Of a stretch of 64,000 nucleotides of DNA, positions 28,601-40,572 are shown piece by piece. Numbering within the stretch: the stretch's first letter is position 1; the number at the start of each line of letters is the position of its first letter. The stretch spans positions 19,840,001 to 19,904,000 of the forward strand of contig CP068257.2 of the NCBI GenBank assembly GCA_009914755.4. The letters run 5' to 3'. The DNA comes from the human T2T-CHM13v2.0 reference genome, Homo sapiens. The notes beneath the pieces were generated by a model. It was given only the letters and a program-made list of their open reading frames with translations. It did not search any database and was not told the DNA's origin. Both the position numbers and the translations under genes were made by a program.

Positions 28601-30904
28601 AATCTTCTTTAGTTTTTCCTCATATACATGTATGTATTTGCTATAGACTTAGGCCAAAATTTTCCAAATATCATTTGATGTTAGGGAGTATATTGTACTA
28701 CGAAGGACGAAGTAAGAACATATAATTAAGAGTCATGTAGACTTATCACCAATGTGGAAAGATACCGTACGTAGTAATATCATCAACACCAATCAGAGTT
28801 ATTTAATGTCTTCTCTTTTCATATGCTTAACCTACTTGCCTGCTGCATCCAACAATATCTCTTATGAAAATAGCTACCAGTATTCTGGAAACAGCAACCA
28901 ATCACCATCTTAGGACTCTGACTTTTTTCTCCATGTCTTTATTGCAGCTTTCCACGTCCTGAAATTAATTTTCAGTCTACCTGGAGAAGATGATACATGC
29001 ACATAGAAAAAAGTTAAATAAAACATTGAACTATATAAGGAGTCAAAAAGCATGGCTAGTTTTATGAATCTAATAGTGCAGTGGTTTTTGAAAAGCTAGT
29101 ATTATCAAATATAATACATTTCATGGACAAATATTTTAATATTGCAGTTGGGATTTAATTTATACAACAGAAACATGAAAAGACGCATACAATAGTCCCT
29201 GCTTTAGCCAGAGATACATTCCAAAACTCTCAGTGGATGCCTGAAACCTTTGATCGTACTTAACCCTACATATACAGATTTTCCTCTACGTACATACCTA
29301 TGATAAACTTTAATTTACAAGTTAGGCACAGTAAGTTAACAATAATATCTGTTATTAAAATAGAACAATTACAACAATTTTCCAGCATCGCTAATCTTGT
29401 GTATAAGGGCCATTATTAAGTAAAATAAGGGTTATTGAACATGAACGCTTTGAGACTGACAATAGAGGGCTGAAACAGCTCCTAAGTAACTAAGAGGTGG
29501 GTAGTGTAGATAACATAGACATGCTGGATAAAGGGATGATTTGTGTCCCTGTCACAACAGAGAGGAATAGCAAGATATTTCATCGCACTACTCAGAATGG
29601 CCTCAAATTCAAAATTTATGAATTGTATACTTAAATTTTCCATTTGATATTTTTGGACCACAGTTGACTATAGATAACCGAAACTGCAGAATGCAAAACT
29701 GGATGAGGAGGGACTACTGTATATAAGACATTTGAATGAAGCTTGGATTCTCATACTTTAATACTTTGATTTTATGTTTGGCTGAAAATTTGAATGCAAT
29801 TACAAGAAGATATGGGGAAACAGATTTAGAAAGTCAATTTCCAAATTTCATGGGGTTAGAGAAAATGCAGCTCAGAGGGAAACTGATTCTCACAGTTGCT
29901 TTTAATAGTAAAATATAAACCAAATATATTTTTAACTTTTTATATTCTAAATTATTTATTCTTATTCAATTATGAAGCCCATTTTTCATAACAGCAATAC
30001 AAAATGATCATTAAAGAGGAAGCTTAAAGCAGAAATATAAGTTAGATAAATAATTTACATTGATGTTTTTCATTTAAATAGTTGTTAAATAGTTGTACCT
30101 CCAAATAATATTAAAGGTATATGGATATTGACATTTTTCTATAAGAATAATACATATTTTAATGTATTTGCTGTATTGCTGTACTGTATTTTATCCATAT
30201 CTTTTCATTACTCGTTGGTGAATATCCAAGATAAAATGTTGACTCTAACACAAGTATAAAAAGTATACAACCTGGAGTTAATTAGTGATTCACGTGTACA
30301 GTTCTCATTTTAGGGGTTAGTATGTGACTTAGGCCAATGACCTCTCTGGATCTCAGTTTTCTTTTATGTAAATTAGAACTGATAATATTGTTTTCCTACC
30401 TTATAAAGTTACCATAAAATTTACACCATAAGTCGTAAGTGTAAGTATTCTGATGATCTTAAAAAATAAAAAATGGATTTACAATTATTTAAATTATTAC
30501 TTATGCTCAGGTTTGATTTCCTAAGTAATAAAACCATGATTAACTAATAAAAATGAATGTTCTGGATGTTATTGTGAAAATACATCATTAGTAGTGCCCG
30601 AATCTTAATGATGTCATTTCATATGTGCTTATGGTTTTATTTGTGAAACGTCCAGAGTACAAATAGTGGACTTTTTATGCCAGAGTAAATTGGTGAGAGA
30701 AAATAATTAAAATACTTAACTTTTATAGTTGTAACAGCCTAACCTCATGAGATATGAGAAAGTATAAGCATTTAAATACATCCTCAAGGTGACATTTAAT
30801 ATATATATAATATGTATATACATACATAGAACATAACTTTCAAAAGACAAAACTTATAAACTTATTATTTTTCAATTTTAATTTTTTTTCAGAGAATAGT
30901 ACAT

Positions 30905-31135
30905 TTGTATATTTGTGGGGTACATGACAACTTTTGATACAGGCATACAATGTGTAATAATCAAATTAGGGAAAATGGTGTATCCATCACCTCAAGCATT
31001 TATCTTTCGTGTTACAAATAATCCAATTATACTTTTAGTTATTTTTAAATGTATAATTATTATTGACTATAGTCATCCTGTTGTGCTATTAAATACCTGA
31101 TCTTATTCTATTTTTAACACAAACCTATTTGAAGT
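30905..31135 (+). mobile_element. Short L1 (ancient L1M-type) fragment, sense on + strand
   Basis: tgtggggtacatgacaacttttgatacaggcatacaatgtgtaataatcaaattagggaaaatggtgtatccatcacctcaagcatttatctttcgtgttacaaataatccaattatacttttagttatttttaaatgtataattattattgactatagtcatcctgttgtgctattaaatacctgatcttattctatttttaac is the canonical L1M ORF2-3' segment. Confidence 0.75.
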
Positions 31136-31289
31136 TCACTTCTATCCTCTGCAATGACAAAAAGATACTTATTTTTTCATAAAAATAACTTCAAGCAACC
31201 TACGATTGTAATAAGTTTATAAAGTTAATTTTCTATATATAGAAAAAAGTACTAGCTATTAGTATTTTAGCAATTCTTCACCATAATAA

Positions 31290-31540
31290 AATAGGGCTCC
31301 TATATGGTTAAAAAAGAGTAGGATCTTAATCTGATGGGATCAATGGCCTTAAAAGAAAAGGAAAAGAGAGTTCTCTCTGAGTCTCTATCCCACAAGTGAT
31401 CACACAGTGAGAAGGAAGCTGTCTGCAAAGCCAGGAAAAGAGCCCTCACCAGAATCCAATCATGCTGGTACCTTGACCTCAAACTCTAAACCACCATAAC
31501 TGTTAAGAAATAAATTTCTTTTGTTTAAGCCAAAAAATGA
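31290..31540 (+). mobile_element. MaLR-type (MLT/MST-like) LTR fragment, 3' end
   Basis: ..caccagaatccaatcatgctggtaccttgacctcaaactctaaaccaccataactgttaagaaataaatttcttttgtttaagccaaaaaatg resembles the conserved MaLR LTR 3' end (..caccagacaccgaatctgctggcgccttgatcttggacttcccagcctccagaactgtgagaaataaatgtttgttgtttaagccacccagtct..). Family assignment is by recollection only. Confidence 0.4.
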
Positions 31541-33594
31541 AGATGTTTTACATATATAATTTTTCTGAAAGCTTTTCTAAAGATAAAAATGAAGCATATA
31601 ATTATACTAGTTTAATGCTAAAAAGGTCACAGGATGAAATACTTGTCATTTAAAAGCTAACTAGCCAAACCTGAATTATTAAAAAAAAACTTACTTTAGC
31701 CTCAAGAGAATAATCATTACTTAATAAGAGATAGTCTTCCACTTTAGATTACTGCTGAAAAGATGTGCTTACAGAATAGTTTAATGTTTAACATTAGATA
31801 ATTTTTAGTTGAAATATCATTTTTATAATACTAAATATCAATTTTATAATATTAAAATAATTATAAGCAGTACTTGCTAGATTTTTACTTTGTACTGGGC
31901 AATAAGTGCTGGAGGTTAAGTACATTACCACATTCACACAATCTTCTCAACAAACTTGTGACCTATTTTTGGTTGTTATTTTTATTATTACTGTCTCCAT
32001 TTTAATAAAGAGGCACTTCAGTCTGAGAGATACTAGATGGCTTACCCCAAAAGCTAATGATGGTAAGTGATGAAACCAGGCGTTTCTTACTCCTGATGCA
32101 GTGTTTTTAAGAACAAAGCAAGAATCTTCATACTTAGGAAAGGTAAATGGGAATGTGTATAATAAATCAGATATATTGTCATTGATCTATAGGATTTATT
32201 GCCTAGAACTATCTGCATGTGAGAAGACCCTAAACGAAGTAGCAGAAGAGTGATCCATTCAAACCAATAGGATCATCATGTGAATGTATACACCAGGGCT
32301 AAACCACAATTGTATATTTTTTTCCAATTTTTTTTCCTGAGCTTTAGTTGTTGAGTAATGTGCAACATATCTAAAATGAATACATTTGAAATTGAAGAAA
32401 ATATTGTATTTTCATATAATCAAACATGTTTCATAGGTAAGTTGATTTCACTGTATTGTAATGATAGATTCAGAAGTGAGTCATTTATATTTGGAAATGG
32501 ATAATGGAAGAAAATATATACCATGATTTTTTTTAACTGCAAACAGAAATCCTAGCTTGCTTGATATATTATTTTTGTAGCATGAGGCAATAGTTCTTTT
32601 TTAATTCATGCATAGAGATATACCTTTGAAAAACTGATAACTAATCTTTGGAATCTCATTCTACACTTGTTTATTGAGATTTTGCAAACTAAAAAAAAAT
32701 ATTAAATCCCCATGGCTGAGAAAATACTATTCTTTCTCTAGTTATTCCTCAAGTGGTTTCATGTGCAAAGATAATAGTTCTGTCGAAACCAGAAAATTCC
32801 CGGATACTAGCTAAGCAATTTTACTAAACTATCACCATCTAAGTAGCATGTTAAAATTTGGTATAGGAAGGTATTGAAATTGACATTAATACATTATTTT
32901 TTTTCACTACCTTGTGTTTATCACTAGTTTTTCTTCATGAAAAACAAAATAATTTCAATAAAAATTATACTTGCTTGGACATGAGCATTCTAAATTTGTT
33001 AATTCAGTGACTAAGTAATTCTCATTTGCCGTATCATGATGACATTGTAGAAGTATATTTGCAAGTGTGAACCACAAAGTTGCTGGGATGAAGTGCCAGG
33101 CAAAATCACAAATTGAATGATTTTTTTTTTCAAAACTGAGCTGTTTGCTTTTAGAATTATAAGAAATAAAAATAACTTAAACCTATTTTTTGAAAAAAAA
33201 AATAAAATAATGTAGACATGACACTCAGTCATCCTACAGAACTAGTATTCAGACAAGTCTGACATACTCAAAGTCGACCTGCTAGTGCTTGCTTTTGTAT
33301 GTTAGCAGTTGTTCTGATTCCTTTGGATCACTATTTCCTTTGGATCACTATTTCTTCAAGTCATTATTAAAATATTAAACCTAAGTTTAAAAATATCACA
33401 TAGGAAAACTTTTTATACATATATAAAACAAATACAGGTTTTATATACATATTTTTTCAGGAGTGGTTTTCTCACAGTTCAAATTTACATCTATACCCGT
33501 ATCTGTCACTTGTGTTTCACATCAGTTACATATTTGAACATGCAGTTATTATGCTGAGTAATAAATGCATTTTGTCATTAAAAAGACTAAACTG

Positions 33595-33892
<298 letters not shown>

Positions 33893-34884
33893 CTAAACTG
33901 TTATGCAAGCTAATTCTTAACATGTGTTAAGAATCATTTTGAATGCCTATCAAATTATATTTCTTCCTTATTCTTCTAGATAATACATTATCACCAGTTT
34001 ATTTCTTTTCATTGTTATTATTTTCTGATCCATATTGTTATAGCTGCGGAGTCTACCCTCAGATTCTACTACAAACACGTAACACGTGATTCATCTTCAT
34101 TACTACTTGCTCCACTTGCCATTTCAATTTTATCAATCAGAATACTTCATCTTCTTCCTATTCACCTCTTTCATGGTTACTTTCTTTATGTCTTTTGGGA
34201 TTTCCTGCAACCATATGCCAAAGAAAAGTGGCTTCCACCTTCTCCTACCTTCTCATGGTAGAAACTAACAAAAGGTCATAAATACCATAGCTATAAAATG
34301 TTGCCTTTAATCTATTTGTTAAAATATTAACTGGAGAAATACAGGTGATCCATTTCTTGCCAAATGATGATTCCTAAAATATTCATAAAAAGGTATATTT
34401 AAATACATTCTCTGTTAAAATAACGCGCTCAGAACCATCCATTTTCAAGTTTAAGTTTTAAAACTAACATAATCTCATATAGAAGATTTATTTAACACTT
34501 TTCACAGAAGTTTTGATTATAATTTTCTTTTAACATTATGATCTATTAATGGGTGTCATTTTCTGATAAAGTACATTTAGGGATATGATAATATTCATTA
34601 TCTTCCCCACAGGGATTCAAGAGGTATATTTAAAAGAAGAGGTACTTAGACACTTTTTCTTTGTTAATAAAAAAAAAAGAAGTTTGAAAAAGATAGTCAC
34701 ATAATTAACAAATCAATTGCTTAAAATATTGTTTGAAACCAGGGAATAGGCGTCAACAATCATGAAATTGAATTCTGCCGGTTACTATGACTTTATTCTG
34801 TCTCTTAAATTGAATTATTGGAAAAGATTTATTTTTAAAATAATCATCTAATATTTTCTAATTTAGAGGTTTAATACTTTTTTT

Positions 34885-34886
<2 letters not shown>

Positions 34887-34918
<32 letters not shown>
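34887..34918 (+). repeat. NCAM2: Uninterrupted poly(T) mononucleotide run of 32 nt forming the polypyrimidine tract 10 nt upstream of the TM-exon 3' splice site
   Basis: ctttttttcc(T)32acttttaag|ACACGCTG. Not attached to any Alu. A long homopolymer of this kind is expected to vary in length. Confidence 0.85.
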
Positions 34919-34924
<6 letters not shown>

Positions 34925-34928
34925 TAAG

Positions 34929-35133
34929 ACACGCTGTTTAATGGTCTTGGGCTTGGAGCAGTAATTGGCCTGGGAGTTGCTGCACTGCTGCTAATTCTTG
35001 TGGTAACAGACGTCAGCTGCTTCTTTATTCGGCAATGTGGGTTGCTGATGTGCATCACTAGGAGAATGTGTGGAAAGAAAAGTGGCTCCAGTGGCAAAAG
35101 TAAAGAACTCGAAGAAGGAAAAGCTGCATACCT
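34929..35133 (+). CDS. NCAM2: NCAM2 transmembrane exon (membrane-proximal stalk, TM helix, start of cytoplasmic tail); phase 1 in, phase 2 out
   Basis: Acceptor (T)32acttttaag|ACACG. With the G from the upstream exon the frame reads [68 protein letters not shown] plus CT. Donor CCT|gtgagt. This closely parallels NCAM1 exon 16 (..GAIVGILIVIFVLLLVVVDITCYFLNKCGLFMCIAVNLCGKAGPGAKGKDMEEGKAAF..). The antisense ORF 34924..35148 in the track is spurious. Confidence 0.9.
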
Positions 35134-36469
35134 GTGAGTATCAGGCATCTACATCATGTCATATTAAACAAGCGCCACAGTCAAGCTCGAGTGCTTTACC
35201 TGAGGGCGTTGTAGGGTAAAGGAGTAGGGTAAAGAGTTTGATTATGCAACATTGGACACTGCACTGCCTGCTCTCTGACCTTGAAACTATGTATCCTTAT
35301 ATATAACCTAGAACAAAGTGACTTTGACAACAGTTTATTCAAAATTAAACCTCACAATGGGATCTTCACTGAAAAGAATCACTACCATGATTTATAGATG
35401 ATAAACATATAGATGGATGGATAGTTGTGCAAATGTATTCCATTTTGATTTATTCCACCGGTTTTGTTTATATTAAATAAAAGAAAGGCTTCAACAATAA
35501 TCTGAGCTAAAAACTCAGTTGAACTGAGTTAAAAACAACAAAATTGTGGCAACTTCTACAAACGTAAGGCATGATTACAACAGGCTTCATGATTTTTTGT
35601 ATAGAAAATATGATATGTGCTATAAAATACAATATTACAGATTCTGAATATACTATTCTAAAATTTGATCAAAAGTTGATTACTTGTTAGAATTTGGAGC
35701 TCTCTGTGTAGTTCTATTTAGTTAAGCAGATATAATTTTCAAGAAAGTATGTAGATCGATTTTTTAGAAAATTATTTTGTCCTGTAAAAGGGAAATTACA
35801 ATGTTTTAATATTTCCATTTTGTTTTATTGTGTTTGTCTTTACATAGATATAGATCTAATTTCAAAAGTAGAATATGATCAATGCAAAAAATTCAGCAAG
35901 CACAGGAAATCATACACAAACATATGCACACACGTTTGTGTGTTATGTGTGGGTTTGTATACATATACATGTGTGCATTAAACACAGCAATCAAAAAATA
36001 AACAGTCTTAAGAGTTCAGGACATTCCCTTTATTATTTTTAACCTTAAGTCCTTTCTACTGCATACTTTTTCTGACACATACAAAAGTGTTGAAAGACTT
36101 TAAAGCAAACAACTAGTTGGGTTCCACAATTAACATTTTGTGCTATTTTGTCATATGTTTATTCATACGTTAATCCCTTATATTTTCTTGAATTTCAAAA
36201 AATCATCACACAACCCCTACATAATTCAACTTGCATATCATTACATACAGTCTAAAAGGTGTTTACATTTATGTAAGTAAAGCCACAGAATAAAATGCAC
36301 CAAATGTTTCAGTTGAAGAGTTTTGACAAATGTTTTTATATGTGTAACACAAAGCCATATCACAATTCAGAACCTTACCACCACATTCTGGAAGTTCTCT
36401 CATTTCCTTATCCAGTCCACCCACATTAACCTCCCTCACCCAGGCCATTGCTATTCCTGATTTTTCACC

Positions 36470-39400
36470 ACAGATAGTTTTTGCTTATTTTGGAACTTCA
36501 CATAAATGGATTCCTGCAGTGTCTACCCTTCTGTATCTGACATCTTCAAAAATGTTGTATTAGGACCATTCATGTTTTGTATTTCAAGGACTGATGCTTT
36601 TTTATTGTTGAATCATTTATATTCTTTTTCTATGCATCTGTTGAAGCGTGGAAGGTCTCATACTGTTTTATAGACACATTTGTCTTGGCTTTATCATATA
36701 ATTTTGTTCCATTGTATCATTTACACCTTAAATTTTAAGGATAATTCTTTTATTTGAAAAGTTTTTACTTTAAAGTTTTGGCTTTTAAAATATATGCCAA
36801 AATATATATCATTTTTTACATATTTCTGCATTTTTGCTAATTGTTTTAACATTTTTACTCTCATGGAAGTATAATATTCTAAAAGGCTTAGCTATTATCA
36901 GTGTACAGTTTAATAAATATTCACAAGCTGAGCATGCCCATTTTTAACGCTCAAATCAAGAAAAAGAACTTTATTATCTACGTCTCCTTTCCTGTCCCTA
37001 TTCAATCTCGTGCTAAGCAATATCCTGACTTCATAGCACCATAGATTACTTTTTCCTGTTTTGTACTTTACATAAATGAGTTTATACTTGTTGCATATGG
37101 GGTATTTTGATACAGGCATACAATATGTAATAATCAAATCAGAATAATTGTGGTATCTGTCACTTCAAACCTTTATCAATTCTTTGTGCTAGGAACACAT
37201 TCCAATTCTCCTCCTTTAGTTATTTGTAAATATCTGATACATTATTTTTGGCTGTTGTCAATCTATTGTGACACCAAATACTGAATCCTATTCATTCTGT
37301 CTAACTGTATTTTCATACCCATTAACTGTTCCTACTTAATCCCCCATTCCCCCTTCCTTGTTACCTTTGCTAGCCTCTGCTAACAATTATTCTTTTCTCT
37401 TTCTCCATGAGTTTAAGTTGTTGTTGTTGCAGCTCCCACATATGAATGAAAACACACAATATTTTTCTTTCTGCACTGACTTATTTCACTTAACATAATT
37501 TTCTCCAGTTCCACCAATATTTCCACAAATGATTTTCCATTGTGTATTTAGCAAATTTTCATCCATTCATCCATGGATGGACACTTAGGTCAATTCCAGA
37601 TCTTAGCTATTCTGAATATTGCTGCAATAAACATGGGAGTACAAATATCTCTTGATTTTTTTAAAAATTTTTGATATATACCAAGCAGAGGAATCACTGG
37701 ATCACATGGTAGTTTCTATTTTTAGTTTTTTGAGGAAGCTTCATGCTGTCTTCCATAGTGACAGTATTAAGTTACATTCCCACTAATCCACAAGTGTATA
37801 ATGGTTTTCATTTCTTCACATCATCATCTGGATTCATCTTTGCCTGTCTTTTGGATACAAGCCATTTTAACTGGGATGAGATGATATCTTATTATGGTTT
37901 TGATTTGCATTTCTCTGATGATGATGCTGAGCATTTTTTGTATACTTGCTGTCTACTTGTATGTTGTCTTTTGAGAGAAATGTCTATTCAGATCACTTGC
38001 TCATTTTTAATTGGATTATTTGTTTTGTTTTTTTCCTGTTTTGTTTGAGATGCTCGTATATACTGGTTATTAACTCCTTGTCAGATGGGTACTTTATAAA
38101 CATGTCCTCCTATTCTGTGGGTTGTCACTTCACTTTGTTAATTGTTTCCTTTAGTGTTCAGAAGTTTTTCAGCTTGGTGTGATCCCATTTGTCCATGTTT
38201 GCTTTGTTTATGCTTGAGAGGTATTACTCAAAGAAATTTATGCCCAGATCAATGATCTGAGGTGTTTCCCCCATGTTTACTCTAGTACTTTCATAGATTT
38301 GGTCTTCGATTTAAGTCATTATTCTGTTTTGATTTGTTCTTTGTATATGGCAAGAGATAGGGGTCTACATTCATCATCTATATATGGATGTCCAGATTTC
38401 CCAGTACCATTTATTGATGAGACTTCCCTATCTCCAATGTCTTGGCAGCTATGTTAAAAATAACTCTACTGTAAATGCATGGGTTTATGTCTGGGTTCTC
38501 TACGCCATTTCACTTGGTCTGTGTGTCTGTTTTTATGCCAGTAGCATGCTTTTTTGTTTATTATACCTTTGTAGTATAATTTGAAGTTAGGTAATGTCAT
38601 TCCTTCACTTTTGTTCTTTTGAGTCAGGATGGTTTTGGCTCTTGTGGGTCTTTTGTGTTTCCATATACATTTTACGATCTTTTTTTCTATTTCTGTGAAG
38701 AATGTCATTGGCATTTTGATAAGAATTGCATTGAATCTGTAGATTTCTTTGAGTAGTATGGACATTTTGACAACATTTATTGTTTTAATCCACCAACATA
38801 AAATGCCTTTTAATTTTTGTGTCATCTTGAAGTTTTCATCAATGTTTTATCGTTTTCATTGTAGAGATGTTTTACTTATTCACTTAAGTTAATTCCTAGG
38901 TATTTCAATTTATTTGAGCTTTTATAAATGGGATTACTTTATTGGTTTCTTTTTCAAATTGTTTCCTGTTGACATGTGGAAATGTTACTGATTATTGTAC
39001 GTTGATTTTTTATCCTGAAACATTACTGAATATATTTGTTAGTTCTAATAGTTTTTTTGGTGGAGTTTTTAGCATTTTCTAAATATAAGATCTGTCATCA
39101 TAAGAAGGATTATTTGACTCCTTCCTTTCCACTTTGGATACATTTTATTTCTTTATCTTTCTTAATTGCCCTGGCTAGGACATCCAGTACTACGTTAATA
39201 CCAGTGGTGAAAGTAGACATCCTTGTCTTGTTCCAGATCTTAGAGGAAAGGCTGTCCATTTTTCCTGGTTCAGTATGATACTAGCTTTATTATTTATTTT
39301 CTTCTACTAATTTTGGGTTGGGTTAGCTTTGGCTCTTCCAGTTCTTTAAGATGCATTGTAAGGTTATTTAGTTAAAGTTTTTCTGCTATTTTGGTGTAGG

Positions 39401-40306
39401 TGTTTATTGCTGTAATATGCCACTCAGTACTACTTTTGCAGTATCCAATAGGTTTTGGTATGTTGTGTTTCCATTATCATTTGTTTCAATAAATTTTTAA
39501 TTTTCCTTTTTAATTTCATTGACTTAATGGTCATTCAGGAGCATATTTTTTTTAATTTCCATGTGTTTCTATTGTTTCCAAAGTTCCTCTTTTTATTGAC
39601 TTTTAGTTTATTGTTTTCCGTTGTCAGAAAATATGCTTGATATGATTTCAATTTTTTGGAATTTTTCAAGAATTGTTTTGTGGCCTAACATACGATCTAT
39701 TCTTCAGAATGTTTCATGTGCTGAGGAGAAGAAAGTGTATTCTTAAAAACGTGGATGAAATGTTCTTTAAATGTTTATTAGGTCCATTTGGTCTATAGCA
39801 TATTTTAGGACTTATGTTTCTCTGTTGATTTTCTGCCTGGATGTCTTGTCCAATGCTGAAAGATGGGTTTTGAGGTTCACAGCTACGATTTTATTAGGAT
39901 CTTTCTCTCTAGGTCAAATACTATTTGCATTATATATCAAGGTTTTCCAATGTTGGGTGCATACATATTTATAATTGTTATATTCCCTTGATTAACCAAC
40001 CCCTTTATCATTTTATAATGACCTTATTCATCTATTTTTACAGTCCTTATTCAAGCATTTTAGTCATTTTCTATTAGGTTGCCTTTCTTTTCCTTACTGT
40101 TATGCAGGTGTGTTCTTTTATACAACATGCTCTACATATATAACCTGGGCTATACATATAAATTATGTATATACAATTTATTATAAGTATACATAAACCT
40201 ATATATGGTATAATTAAATTTATATTTATAATAAAATATTTACATATGAAATATAATTTTACATATAACCTCTTTTCTTATTTTTTTAACTGGCAAAATG
40301 TTGTCT
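36470..40306 (+). mobile_element. Ancient L1 (L1M-type) element(s), ORF2-3' region, sense on + strand; about 3.8 kb, possibly two adjoining fragments
   Basis: Two copies of the L1 3'-region motif: acataaatggattcctgcagtgtctaccc (36498) and ttatttcacttaacataattttctccagttccaccaatatttccacaaatgattttccattgtgtatttagc...ccattcatccatggatggacacttaggtcaattccagatcttagctattctgaatattgctgcaataaacatgggagtacaaatatctc (37470..). ORF2 sense motifs gatacaggcatacaatatgtaataatcaaatcag, ggatcacatggtagtttctatttttagttttttgaggaagc, cattcccactaatccacaagtgtataatg, gttttgatttgcatttctctgatgatgatgctgagcattttttgtatac, gtttgcaaat-like and ctgtccatttttcctggttcagtatgatactagc follow in order. Interrupted at 40307 by an Alu. Confidence 0.75.
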
Positions 40307-40572
40307 CTGGGGAGGCTGAGGCGGGTGGATCACCTGAGGTCAGGAGTTCGAAACCAGCCTGGACAACATGGCGAAACCCCATCTTTACTAAAAATACAAA
40401 CATTAGCTAGGCATGGTGGTGGGTGCCTGTAATCCCAGCTACTCGGGAGGCTGAGGCAGGAGAATCACTTGAACCTCGGAAGTGGAAGTTGCAGTGAGCC
40501 ATTGTACTCCTGGCTGGGCAACAAGAGCAAAACTTTGTCTCAAAAAACAAAAAAAAAAAAAAAAAAAAAAAA
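40307..40572 (+). mobile_element. 5'-truncated Alu SINE nested in L1, with about 32-nt A-rich tail
   Basis: tctGGGGAGGCTGAGGCGGGTGGATCACCTGAGGTCAGGAGTTCGAAACCAGCCTGGACAACATGGCGAAACCCCATCTTTACTAAAAATACAAACATTAGCTAGGCATGGTGGTGGGTGCCTGTAATCCCAGCTACTCGGGAGGCTGAGGCAGGAGAATCACTTGAACC...GTCTCAAAAAACA(A)22. Confidence 0.9.

Noticed and set aside
34924-35148. 74-aa ORF on the minus strand overlapping the TM exon
   Set aside because: It is the antisense reading of the NCAM2 TM exon. The + strand frame carries splice sites at both ends and a clear NCAM1 paralogy. The minus ORF has neither.
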